From IMG/VR virus record IMGVR_UViG_3300025296_000120, positions 1 to 25,047 of that record: a DNA stretch of 25,047 nucleotides, one strand, 5' to 3'. Every line of letters begins with the position of its first letter. The stretch's first letter is position 1. The notes under the pieces were generated by a model, which saw nothing but the letters and a program-made list of their open reading frames with translations, did no database searches and was not told the origin of the DNA. Positions 17,801 to 25,047 of the stretch are shown here, piece by piece. This DNA is from a virus. Lineage: Duplodnaviria; Caudoviricetes. Made by a program: the position numbers and the translations under genes.

Positions 17801-18188
17801 CTGTTATACCAAGTTTAGCTGCTATGCCTAAACCGGGAATAACACTAAGATAGGTAGAAGGGGCTGTTAACAATCCTTCGCCATAATCTCCAATTAACTT
17901 CATGACGCTTGTAGGATTTTCTACTCTATCAAAAGCCAAGAACAGTTTTCCTGCCCTGTTTTTTTCTACATCATTGGCTTTGCGAATGTAATCAAAATCT
18001 CTATACGCATCAACTTCATTAACGGATGACATTCTCATTTGTTCGACAAAAGCATCAAATAATTCTTCGTCTGTTTCAAAAGTTCGTCTAGTGCGCTTTC
18101 CCATATAGATAGCAGCATCAGTAAGAAAAGCGTCATTTTTCAATAACGCTTCTCTAGTTAAATTTTGTTGTGCGTGATAGTCTTTCAT
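14886..18188 (-). CDS. Large putative internal virion / ejection protein (T7 gp16-like position)
   Basis: 1100 aa, with G/A-rich hydrophobic helices near the N-terminus. It is the last of a run of large late genes, and no catalytic motif was recognised. Confidence 0.65.
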   Translation of the reverse strand: MKDYHAQQNLTREALLKNDAFLTDAAIYMGKRTRRTFETDEELFDAFVEQMRMSSVNEVDAYRDFDYIRKANDVEKNRAGKLFLAFDRVENPTSVMKLIGDYGEGLLTAPSTYLSVIPGLGIAAKLGITGATSLMAKGAAFGATRTINQTAKALASTNIKKRALGGALSAGAVEGTVGAVQGGLYGAARKDTGVEEYKDVSVGKYAGVGFLAGAVPGVVIGGGIAAKTAMQERKAMELLSDGIKARSKRLEFGSKAVAKLQETNREMYNAVSKRLDPLAERLGKELEEGASLKQRLTPDFMKDHFEVKMNADVIRNMKGAAVEILLAAGVKDIPATARLSEIMWRALTKQGALATDDMGVEVVGGKKLMEIMDKYGLTQDQLANIFLAEMSEAGRTLSLGGHSRKKLLQQLSNEHKIIDKMQLGDETFQRALEVFEKTPGRARELIKNMDKFRLGLMTIQTATTARNTANATGRTFLFALDNLGHGVLDMATGKIAKGAARAGSGMRLFRSMTWNQSEANALRLLFADEMPRTFGRLYMQNADVAAAMGFGSGFANFSRKLNVLNTVSDNAFKRAVFMSELQSLVGVKELRKLMKEGKFSTIDKETIAKAMNEALSFTYQKSYRGINGKKTKASGFLELLSTPATTWLIPFPKFIMNSVEFMWTHAPILGLASKGGTKEKLAKQLTGTGMLYGAIQLRAQQGPDAKWWEWYDEETGEYENALAFYGPFAPYMFAADLILRSNMRNKTVSDATGLPLGDVPLVVGEQTRKNWARVAEDSFLESMFKDPNEMLAQFNKAVFGTTFRTGTGLEMINALHRDLETSIKGANYGGFKRTIATFGGNYLNTFTVGMGEVRDIYGLVDPQYRIIQDPEAEVNPFDLFVAKATRSLPISMEGKYFGLIKGKDGTRVGTPARSATSGELLTRERSGRKQLTGRGTVRTKDIVRKALDFHKIPSYRAFPKLKEPDLDKMAKDLYNEYTEKRLVPLLAGAEYRNQPETPRGGYAQKLMLKQSLDLSRSDVYNHLISTVGQKYTKLVNEHSDDVESIKKAENQLTFLFKLKFSELPDGKREIGEIEYLKDNDPPTSWEDYRDLYARAAKVTQ

Positions 18189-20609
18189 TTAGTTTTGTGG
18201 TCCAAGGCTCTTTTCTTCAAATCTGTCGTAAATGTAATCCGCCAGATTATTCATAAATTTATTCGTATCGTGAATTGCTTCATACTCTTCTGCCTCAAGT
18301 ATTGGTCTAAGCATCCTTTTAATTCTGATCATTACTGCGCCCTTTCCTCGTAAATTTTTAAAAGTACCAACTTTATAAAGTTCCTCAAAATGTATAACGC
18401 TTTGCTTAATTGCTTTACCTGCAGCGTCTGCTTCTGCTTCACTTATAACTTCCCGTTGATTTGCCATTAATCCAGATTTCGGCTGGTCATTATCGGGTAT
18501 AAGGTTGTTGGCAATTTTTTTACGTTCCTCAGCCGAAGTGGTTTCTCTCAACTTTGGCTCCCCTTCAGATACTTCCCTATCTACAGCAGTCGAAAAAGGT
18601 ACATTTTCCGCTTCAGAACCTGCCCTCATAGCTGCTATGCTCTCCATATTTAAGACGCCTGCCCCGCCGGTTTGATCTGTACCGGCAGTGACACCTGCTT
18701 GTTTAAACAAAGGATCAAGGGCTTCAGTCAATTGTGTGATTAGAGGAGCGGCACCTATATCTCCCCTAAGTAGATCATCTGTAAGAAGACCCGCATTTTT
18801 TAGTTTTTCAAGAAATTTATTTTGTGTATATACATCAGTTATACCCGCTTTCGCTAAAGCGGCATAGCTATTTTGCCCACCCTCAAGTTCTTTTGCTAAG
18901 ATATTAGCTGTCCTTCTAACATTCACACCTGCAGGAATTTTAAGTGCGTTATCAGCAGCAGCCTCTTCTGCTTTATCTACAGCAGCAGTAGTATCTACAG
19001 CAGCCTCTTCTTCAGCACCAAAGACATTACTTCTTTCTTCTGGAGCAACATAAGCAGCATTCTGTTCAAGAGTAATACCATATGTCCGTAAAAATTGAGC
19101 AACACCTTTGGTGCCGCTTCCTAATGTGGCTGATTTATCCTCTGCTAGTATATTAAGATACTTTTCAATATCCCCTATTGCTTGTAGGTCTAGTAGTCCT
19201 AGTACGTTTTCATGATAGCCTGCAGTTTGCCCTCCACGTAATTTTTTCATAATCTTTTTAACTTCTTCTTTAGGTTGAGAAGAATCTAATACCAGTTTTT
19301 CTAAATCTACACCATTGGCAATATTTTTCACTTCATCTAAAGCATACTTGGCAAGATATTTGTCAAGATAGGCATCTCGAACTCTATACATTTCGGTCAT
19401 ATTGCCATTTGTTGCTTTAGCTGCCGCATTTGAAACAATCATTGCACCCAGAGTTGCCTTATTTACTGCATATATTTGACTTTGCCTATATACCTTCCCT
19501 TCAACGAAACCCATATGCCCAGTAACAGGATGTATTTTAAGCCCTTTTCCAAAGTATCCTACTATCATGCCTCTAGTATCTGCTCTTATAGAACTAACAT
19601 CTGTTCGTGAAAGACTAACAAATTCATCCTTTGTTATTTTATCAAAAGCATCAACTAGCCAGCCAACCGCCGCAGCCTGTTTATTAAACTGCCTTACAGT
19701 TGTAGTTTCATCTGCAGATACTCCCACCCTATCAAACATTTTTATAATAGATGGATGATTTAAGTCCATATAGCTTGCTATCGGTGTATCGAGGTCTTTT
19801 ATATCCTGCATTTTGCTTTGTAATTCCGCAAACTGTAGTTTTGCTGTTTCAAAATTAAGTTCTGCCACTTCTTCTTCTCTTTCTGCAGCACGAGAGAAGG
19901 GTGCTCTAAATTGAACTTCAGAAGGTGTTCCCCGTGTAATCTTTCCTTGCATGAACCCTAGCCAATCTTCTTCAGATACTCCAACTGGCCTAAGTGCGGC
20001 AGCACCGGATAAAGCTTTTGTACGAATAAGATCACTTCTCCATTTGTCATCACCAAATCCTCTTTGTGCATAGTGATCTTTCAAATAATCGGAAAAGCCT
20101 TTTTCTTGATTTGCACTAAATGTGCCCGGAGTTACTGTACCTATAACTCTGCTTACAACTTCATCAACAGTTTCATTTGTTAAGTCTTCTACAACTTTCT
20201 TATCTATTTCTCCTTCTCCTCCTATAGAAGGAATGGCACCAGCAAGAACATCATCTGTAGGAATACCTTGTGCCCTAACATGATCTCTAAGAGTTAGAAT
20301 ATCATTAGTTTTTGTTTGAGCTTCATTGAAAGTAGTAACCATATTTTTGAAAGCTTCTTCATCTTGTCCTGCAAGAGCTACTGCAAATTCTTTATTTTTT
20401 ACTCCAAGACGCATAAGAAGTTTAATTCTATCTCTTGTTACTTCGTCCGATTTTTTAAACTTGTCCCATTCATCCATGCCTTGTTTAAAAAAGTTAGAAA
20501 TTCCTTGTTTACTTGCAGTCTTAAAATTTTCAAGAGCATCATCACCACGTATGGCTTCTCTTAAAGGTATACTAGCCCCCCTAAAAATATCTCCAGCATA
20601 AAATTTCAT
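18189..20609 (-). CDS. Putative internal virion protein
   Basis: 806 aa, helical, with an A/E-rich linker. Its stop abuts the next ATG. Confidence 0.55.
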   Translation of the reverse strand: MKFYAGDIFRGASIPLREAIRGDDALENFKTASKQGISNFFKQGMDEWDKFKKSDEVTRDRIKLLMRLGVKNKEFAVALAGQDEEAFKNMVTTFNEAQTKTNDILTLRDHVRAQGIPTDDVLAGAIPSIGGEGEIDKKVVEDLTNETVDEVVSRVIGTVTPGTFSANQEKGFSDYLKDHYAQRGFGDDKWRSDLIRTKALSGAAALRPVGVSEEDWLGFMQGKITRGTPSEVQFRAPFSRAAEREEEVAELNFETAKLQFAELQSKMQDIKDLDTPIASYMDLNHPSIIKMFDRVGVSADETTTVRQFNKQAAAVGWLVDAFDKITKDEFVSLSRTDVSSIRADTRGMIVGYFGKGLKIHPVTGHMGFVEGKVYRQSQIYAVNKATLGAMIVSNAAAKATNGNMTEMYRVRDAYLDKYLAKYALDEVKNIANGVDLEKLVLDSSQPKEEVKKIMKKLRGGQTAGYHENVLGLLDLQAIGDIEKYLNILAEDKSATLGSGTKGVAQFLRTYGITLEQNAAYVAPEERSNVFGAEEEAAVDTTAAVDKAEEAAADNALKIPAGVNVRRTANILAKELEGGQNSYAALAKAGITDVYTQNKFLEKLKNAGLLTDDLLRGDIGAAPLITQLTEALDPLFKQAGVTAGTDQTGGAGVLNMESIAAMRAGSEAENVPFSTAVDREVSEGEPKLRETTSAEERKKIANNLIPDNDQPKSGLMANQREVISEAEADAAGKAIKQSVIHFEELYKVGTFKNLRGKGAVMIRIKRMLRPILEAEEYEAIHDTNKFMNNLADYIYDRFEEKSLGPQN
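18955..19013. repeat. Short in-frame internal duplications (AEEEAAVDTTAAVDKAEEAAAD)
   Basis: CAGCAGCCTCTTCT occurs twice and TATCTACAGCAGC occurs twice. Confidence 0.6.
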
Positions 20610-20612
20610 TAC

Positions 20613-21125
20613 TTATATCTCCTGCATTTCATCAGCAGCGGGTCTTGCCATTAATCCCCCGGTAGCTGCTTCTGCTAAATTTTGAATTTCTTCTTCTTCA
20701 ACTTCTTCTACTAATTCTTCTGCTTCGGGCCTTTTAGATGCTCTTGCCAACAGTGTTTGTGAGGCATCGCTAGGTATGTCTGTTACACCATTTTTATATT
20801 CTATTCCTACTGCATCAGCCATGCCTGTAATCAATTCATACAAGGCAGGAGAGATTACAATTGCAACATCTATCGTATGAAGTCCTTGCATAACACCACC
20901 TAAAGTTATGGTATCAATTAAGTTTGCTACAGGATACCCTAATTCTAGTATGCCTAAAAGTTCAGAAGATTTTTGAGTAGTAGTTAATTTTTCAATGTAG
21001 AAAGTTAAAGCATCTTCTGGAGCAGAGTATTTAGCTGGTGTTTCCCAAGGACGATTTTGAGGCTCTGTCATCAAAGACATGCCCGGAATAGGAGCTTGAA
21101 ATTGCGCTGTATCTAAACTTTGCAT
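20613..21125 (-). CDS. Conserved-looking hypothetical late protein
   Basis: APIPGMSL..EP...PWE.P N-terminus and an acidic tail containing GGLMARP. Confidence 0.75.
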   Translation of the reverse strand: MQSLDTAQFQAPIPGMSLMTEPQNRPWETPAKYSAPEDALTFYIEKLTTTQKSSELLGILELGYPVANLIDTITLGGVMQGLHTIDVAIVISPALYELITGMADAVGIEYKNGVTDIPSDASQTLLARASKRPEAEELVEEVEEEEIQNLAEAATGGLMARPAADEMQEI

Positions 21126-21128
21126 TGA

Positions 21129-21677
21129 TTATGTTACCTTTTCTTGAGGAGTAATTGTTGCCTCTTCGGTTTCTAATGAAACTATAGGAGCTTGCTGCAT
21201 AGCTTTAAGGCTTCGCATATTAGCAGCTATAATTTGAGCAAGTCTTGTAGAAGAATCTACAGGTTGTTTTTGAGCAATCATCTGTTGTGCTTTTCGTGAG
21301 GTTTCAACCCCTCTCTGAGCAGCTAAAAGCCCCCTTCTTTGGGTTGCTCTAGCCATAGTTGCATCAGTACGTGATCTAATCCTTTGAGCAATTGCCCTTA
21401 TTTCTTTAGCAGCAGCCGGATTTGTTGTGGCAAGTTCCGCCATAGCTTTATCTGCCGCTTCTTTTATACTACCAACATCATCAAACCAGTTACTACCTAT
21501 TTCTTTTTTTGTAGTAGCAGAAAGTTTGTTTACTAATTCTGAAACATTCTGATCGTCTGCTTGCATGAAATCTAAAACAGAAGAAGATTGTGGAGTAGAA
21601 TATTTTTTTACATCCGCTAAATATCTTGATACGGCTGTTGAAGCTACAGAACCTTTTTCATTTCCATTTATTGCCAT
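21129..21677 (-). CDS. Hypothetical helical late protein
   Basis: A/Q/R-rich ORF tightly packed in the operon. Confidence 0.7.
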   Translation of the reverse strand: MAINGNEKGSVASTAVSRYLADVKKYSTPQSSSVLDFMQADDQNVSELVNKLSATTKKEIGSNWFDDVGSIKEAADKAMAELATTNPAAAKEIRAIAQRIRSRTDATMARATQRRGLLAAQRGVETSRKAQQMIAQKQPVDSSTRLAQIIAANMRSLKAMQQAPIVSLETEEATITPQEKVT

Positions 21678-23573
21678 TTAAAAAATTCCTTTAATTAGCG
21701 CACTAACACCAGCAGATGCAAATGGTTTAAATATGTCCCCTAAAAATCCACCTACTGCTGCACTATTTTGTCTATCTGCTTGAAATTCTGCTAAGTTTCT
21801 TGAATTATCTGCATTAGCCTGAACTAGCTGCAATGCCTGTATTCTATCAAGATCACTTTCACCACTTCTCCAAGCAAATTCCATGACATCTCTATACTCC
21901 TGCCATAGATTGCCATATGCTGTGTTACTTATATCCAGTAAATTTTGTGCATTTAATTGATTTTGGAAATTAACCGCTGCAGTATCTGCAGTAGCAATCT
22001 CTCTTCGCCACACAGCATTGCTCTGTTCGATAGCCAATTGATTACGGGCATTAAATTGTTCTCTCTGATTTACAACTTCAGAATTAAATCTTTGTAAAGC
22101 ATTTACAGCACCGGCATTAAATTGATCCATAGCATTTCTTTGTGCTGTGTTATTCTGTCCTACACTAGAAATAAGATTATCATAAAACTGATCACCTTGC
22201 TGCTGACTTCTAGCGTTTATTTGTCTAACATTGTTTTCTGCCGCTGCATCTGTCAGCAAGGACTGTACCTGCTGTTGAGAATTAAATAGAGCAGTCTGTT
22301 GTGTATTAGCCAAATTTGCAGTATCCAGTTGCAGAAAATTCTGGGCATTCTGTACTGCAGATTGTTGTCTGTTATTCAAGTTAGCAATATCTAGTTGGGA
22401 TAGTGCAGCAGCCTGCGCCATAACTACAGCTTGACTATTGCTTAAATTTGCTAAATCTACCGTCTGTGTTAATCTGGAATTTTCTAAAGCAATCTGTTGA
22501 TCAGCAGTAAAATTACGATTGGCTATATCTGATACTGTAGCAGCATTTCTTACACGAGTTTGAAAAGATTGATCAAACTCCTGCTGCATAAATTGTGCTC
22601 TGTATTGAGCACGAACCATTGCTGCCTGTTGCCTGTTAGTTAAATTCTGGGTTTCAAATGCAGCTACAGTACGAGCATCCAGTTGAGCAATAGGTAAAGC
22701 CTGTTCTAATGCAGCATCAAGAATAGCCTGTCCTGCTATACTACTTGCACCCAATCCTCGTGCCGCCATAGTCTGTTCTGCAGCACGAACTGCTCCCCTT
22801 GCCCAAGGAGGAACTTCTCCTTGTTCAAATTGAGCTTGTAACTGTGCTAATTGCCCTTGAACAGTAGCTTCTGCAGTAGGTGCAGCTACAGCAGCTTGTG
22901 CTACAGGCTCAATAAATTCAGCCGCTTGGGTAGCTTGTGCTGTAGGAGCAGCTACAACTTCTTCCGCTTGTAGTTGTCTTGCAGCAGGAGCCTGTACTTG
23001 CACAGCTTGTGCTTGTTGAGCAGCTTGTACATTAGCAATATTTGATTGTGCCTGTTGCTGGGCCTCAATAGTCTGGCTAGGAGCTTGTAATTGAGCAGCT
23101 TGAGCAGCAGCAGCTTGTACCTCTGGAGTAGTGGTTACAGCAGTAGCTTGTGGAGCAGCCGCTGCAGTAGGCACAGCAGTTTGTGCTACAGCCCCTTGTG
23201 CGGCTGAAGGAATAGTTACATCTGTCGTTATTTGTCCCGCTGCTGGAGCAATAGTTTGTGCTGCTTCAAAAGGCGTCTGCACTGCTTGAAATGCAGCACC
23301 TACAGGAAGAGCAGGAGTTAAAGTTCTTTGAGCAGTAAGCTCACCAATCAAAGGTGGCTGTAGTCCACCAGTTTGAAACTGCCTTTGCTGATCATCTGGA
23401 CCAAACATATCCATGTCTTGTTGAGCAAAATAATCAGCAGCTACACTAGGATTTTGTTCAAGGAAACTTCCAAAGTCTGCCAAGTCTTCTCCCGAATACC
23501 CGTAGCTTCTTGCCATGCCCTTTAGTTTATCTCTGTTGTAGCCAGTAAATACATTGTTTGGTACTACAGCCAT
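21678..23573 (-). CDS. Q/A/N-rich putative ejection / DNA pilot-like virion protein
   Basis: Low-complexity QA region, 22- and 11-residue repeats, and an amphipathic G-rich C-terminus. AAGGAAG SD is present. Confidence 0.65.
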   Translation of the reverse strand: MAVVPNNVFTGYNRDKLKGMARSYGYSGEDLADFGSFLEQNPSVAADYFAQQDMDMFGPDDQQRQFQTGGLQPPLIGELTAQRTLTPALPVGAAFQAVQTPFEAAQTIAPAAGQITTDVTIPSAAQGAVAQTAVPTAAAAPQATAVTTTPEVQAAAAQAAQLQAPSQTIEAQQQAQSNIANVQAAQQAQAVQVQAPAARQLQAEEVVAAPTAQATQAAEFIEPVAQAAVAAPTAEATVQGQLAQLQAQFEQGEVPPWARGAVRAAEQTMAARGLGASSIAGQAILDAALEQALPIAQLDARTVAAFETQNLTNRQQAAMVRAQYRAQFMQQEFDQSFQTRVRNAATVSDIANRNFTADQQIALENSRLTQTVDLANLSNSQAVVMAQAAALSQLDIANLNNRQQSAVQNAQNFLQLDTANLANTQQTALFNSQQQVQSLLTDAAAENNVRQINARSQQQGDQFYDNLISSVGQNNTAQRNAMDQFNAGAVNALQRFNSEVVNQREQFNARNQLAIEQSNAVWRREIATADTAAVNFQNQLNAQNLLDISNTAYGNLWQEYRDVMEFAWRSGESDLDRIQALQLVQANADNSRNLAEFQADRQNSAAVGGFLGDIFKPFASAGVSALIKGIF

Positions 23574-23592
23574 GTTTTTTACTTCCTTTTAG

Positions 23593-23754
23593 TTAGTATA
23601 CAAGGTTTTCACTATCTTTTTTTACTTCTTTCAACTTTTGCAATTCTTTATTTAAAGCAAAATTACTAGACATTACTTCTGCAAGTTTATTTAGTGCAGT
23701 ATTACGCTGATCCATAAGAGCATTAATGTATGCTTGAAGTTCTATGTCTTGCAT
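23593..23754 (-). CDS. Putative 53-aa coiled-coil protein (MQDIELQAYINALMDQRNTALNKLAEV...)
   Basis: Translated by hand. The ATG lies 1 nt after the protease stop and the ORF fills the gap. Confidence 0.7.
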   Translation of the reverse strand: MQDIELQAYINALMDQRNTALNKLAEVMSSNFALNKELQKLKEVKKDSENLVY

Positions 23755-23755
23755 A

Positions 23756-24628
23756 TTACTTCTTGTCTTTATCCGATTTAGGCTTTCTATTCTCTGGCTT
23801 TAGGTATTTATCTCCTACAATGAAACCATGAAAGTTCTCTCGTAAGAAAGTATACACTGTTTCTGTAGGAATAGACCAACCCATGTGGGTTACAGCCTGA
23901 AATCCAGCCGCTGATACTCTGGAAGGTACGCCAATCATTTCATACTTCTTGCGTATATCAGAGTAAGCGAATAATGCACCACCACTATTACCAAAGATAA
24001 TAGGTGCAGTGGCTAGTTGATATCTATATCCGTTAATAACCTGTTCAGCAAAAGCCATCTCTCCTGAAGTCATGGAAGGTGGAAAACCTAATCCTGCACC
24101 TACGGCCCATACAGTCTGGCCTAGTTTAGGTGACTCTTTCTCTGGAAGCATATAGGCAATACGTACTACACCACGCTCTGTATCTCGTAGTTTAAGTAGA
24201 GCTAAATCTCTTTGCTCATCATGTGCTACGATATCCGCTATACGACCACGAGTACCTACTGAACGAGAACAACGCACATAGTCAAACCAGAATGCAGTTA
24301 CAGGCTCCCTAGTTTCCCGTTTAACCTTCTTACCTTTCATACCGTCCCATACTTCTCTTATGGTAATCTGTTCACCAATTACATGGTAGTTGGTTAGGAT
24401 ATATGATTCCCACTTACCTTCATGTTGTTTTGAATATAGAACTGTACCAGAACCTGCAGTATTAATACGTACTGCTGTATCTAGCATCTCTTCATGTTGT
24501 GGTCCACAGTTTGCTGCTATAGCTTTTGTGGAGTCACATTGTAAAAGCATTCCTGACAATGCTATTACACTGAAGAAGGAGAAAAAAGTCTTTCGTAGTT
24601 TTGGAAAATTAAAAAATTTATTTTTCAT
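23756..24628 (-). CDS. Trypsin-like (S1, Trypsin_2) serine protease with N-terminal signal peptide and no PDZ domain
   Basis: Catalytic triad motifs ILTNYHV, DLALL and IFGNSGGALF. The N-terminus has a basic n-region, a hydrophobic h-region and an AIA site. Confidence 0.9.
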   Translation of the reverse strand: MKNKFFNFPKLRKTFFSFFSVIALSGMLLQCDSTKAIAANCGPQHEEMLDTAVRINTAGSGTVLYSKQHEGKWESYILTNYHVIGEQITIREVWDGMKGKKVKRETREPVTAFWFDYVRCSRSVGTRGRIADIVAHDEQRDLALLKLRDTERGVVRIAYMLPEKESPKLGQTVWAVGAGLGFPPSMTSGEMAFAEQVINGYRYQLATAPIIFGNSGGALFAYSDIRKKYEMIGVPSRVSAAGFQAVTHMGWSIPTETVYTFLRENFHGFIVGDKYLKPENRKPKSDKDKK

Positions 24629-24685
24629 GTTATGCTCTCTTATGTTCAGTTCTCCAAGTGCGATTTATGTCTACTACTTGTTCCA

Positions 24686-24814
24686 TTACGGTTTAGGATA
24701 CTCTGGCACTATATCGTATTGCTGAAATACAAACTCCTGAAGAACGTGGTCATAATCAGGAAGGTAGTAAATCACCTTTACGGTAGTAAGATCATTTCTT
24801 ATTAAATAACTCAA
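24686..24814 (-). pseudogene. Truncated Usg-family-like gene (42 aa)
   Basis: LTTVKVIYYLPDYDHVLQEFVFQQYDIVPEYP matches the N-terminal half of Usg-like proteins. The frame stops inside the repeat copy. Confidence 0.6.
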
Positions 24815-24941
24815 AGAGTGTCTGCACTTTATCTTCAAGTACTTTTACACGCACTAGTATCTCTGCTCTGAAGGCTATTGCTACCGCTCCTACTGCAATT
24901 ACTCCAGAAAGAATAGGCCATATGTCTACGACTTGTTCCAT
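24792..24941 (-). CDS. 49-aa single-TM protein (MEQVVDIWPILSGVIAVGAVAIAFRAEILVRVKVLEDKVQTLFELFNKK)
   Basis: Translated by hand. A TM segment followed by a short coiled coil. Confidence 0.7.
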   Translation of the reverse strand: MEQVVDIWPILSGVIAVGAVAIAFRAEILVRVKVLEDKVQTLFELFNKK

Positions 24942-24974
24942 TATGGTTTAGATATATTACCCATTCCGTTCCGC

Positions 24975-25046
24975 CTAATCCCTTATTTCAGCGGCCCGAA
25001 AATCGGCCATCTTTTGGATTATCTCATCTGTCCAAACCGCATCAGC
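24975..25046 (-). CDS. C-terminal end of a small phage protein, cut by the window edge (...ADAVWTDEIIQKMADFRAAEIRD)
   Basis: The frame is open from the edge. The AVWTxE motif is reminiscent of small tail-region proteins. Confidence 0.45.
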   Translation of the reverse strand, partial: ADAVWTDEIIQKMADFRAAEIRD

Positions 25047-25047
25047 G

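Larger units (their letters stand above)
24666..24951. repeat. 31-bp imperfect direct repeat (24666-24696 and 24921-24951)
   Basis: TATGTCTAC(T/G)ACTTGTTCCATTA(C/T)GGTTTAG, 29/31 identical, 255 bp apart. Confidence 0.9.
1..25047. mobile_element. Bacteriophage genome segment, HMO-2011-type podovirus-like, possibly temperate
   Basis: Gene order is integrase-primase-helicase-PolA (DnaJ-type Zn finger insert)-SSB-exonuclease-endonuclease-RNR, convergent with a virion-protein operon. No host housekeeping genes are present. Confidence 0.9.

Noticed and set aside
22860-23290. GCA/GCT/CAA-rich quasi-repeats
   Set aside because: They are explained by low-complexity Ala/Gln/Pro coding and show no fixed DNA unit.
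14439-24725. + strand ORFs opposite the late genes, and nested - strand ORF 15977-16213
   Set aside because: These are antisense or alternative-frame shadows of long coding regions.
24666-24951. 31-bp repeat pair as a mini-CRISPR array
   Set aside because: There are only two copies, the 224-bp intervening sequence is coding, and the repeat is not palindromic.

Overview
A 25 kb fragment of a dsDNA podovirus-type phage genome with HMO-2011-type hallmarks: a family A DNA polymerase carrying a DnaJ-like CxxCxGxG zinc-finger insert, and a tyrosine integrase directly upstream of split primase and helicase genes. No phage RNA polymerase is seen in the window. The host is probably an alphaproteobacterium (inference). 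The + strand arm (1-14189) begins with an early accessory cluster: DUF932-like protein, DenV-like glycosylase, DUF59/SufT Fe-S protein, SET-domain protein, and a basic protein with an FtsZ-tail-like peptide plus AT-hook. It continues with integrase, primase, helicase, DNA polymerase, SSB-like protein, Cas4-like exonuclease, T7 endonuclease I-like nuclease, DUF3310, class II ribonucleotide reductase and an RMF-like protein. The convergent - strand arm (14186-25047) is a tightly packed late operon of probable internal virion/ejection proteins, a signal-peptide-bearing trypsin-like protease and a truncated Usg-like gene bounded by a 31-bp duplication. The most striking observation is ORF 2386-2838, which starts with a near-perfect copy of the FtsZ C-terminal conserved peptide (DTLEIPAFLRR) fused to an AT-hook (KKRGRPRK) and overlaps a SET-domain gene. 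It is a candidate molecular mimic that hijacks the divisome. All family assignments come from motif recognition by eye; no searches were run.
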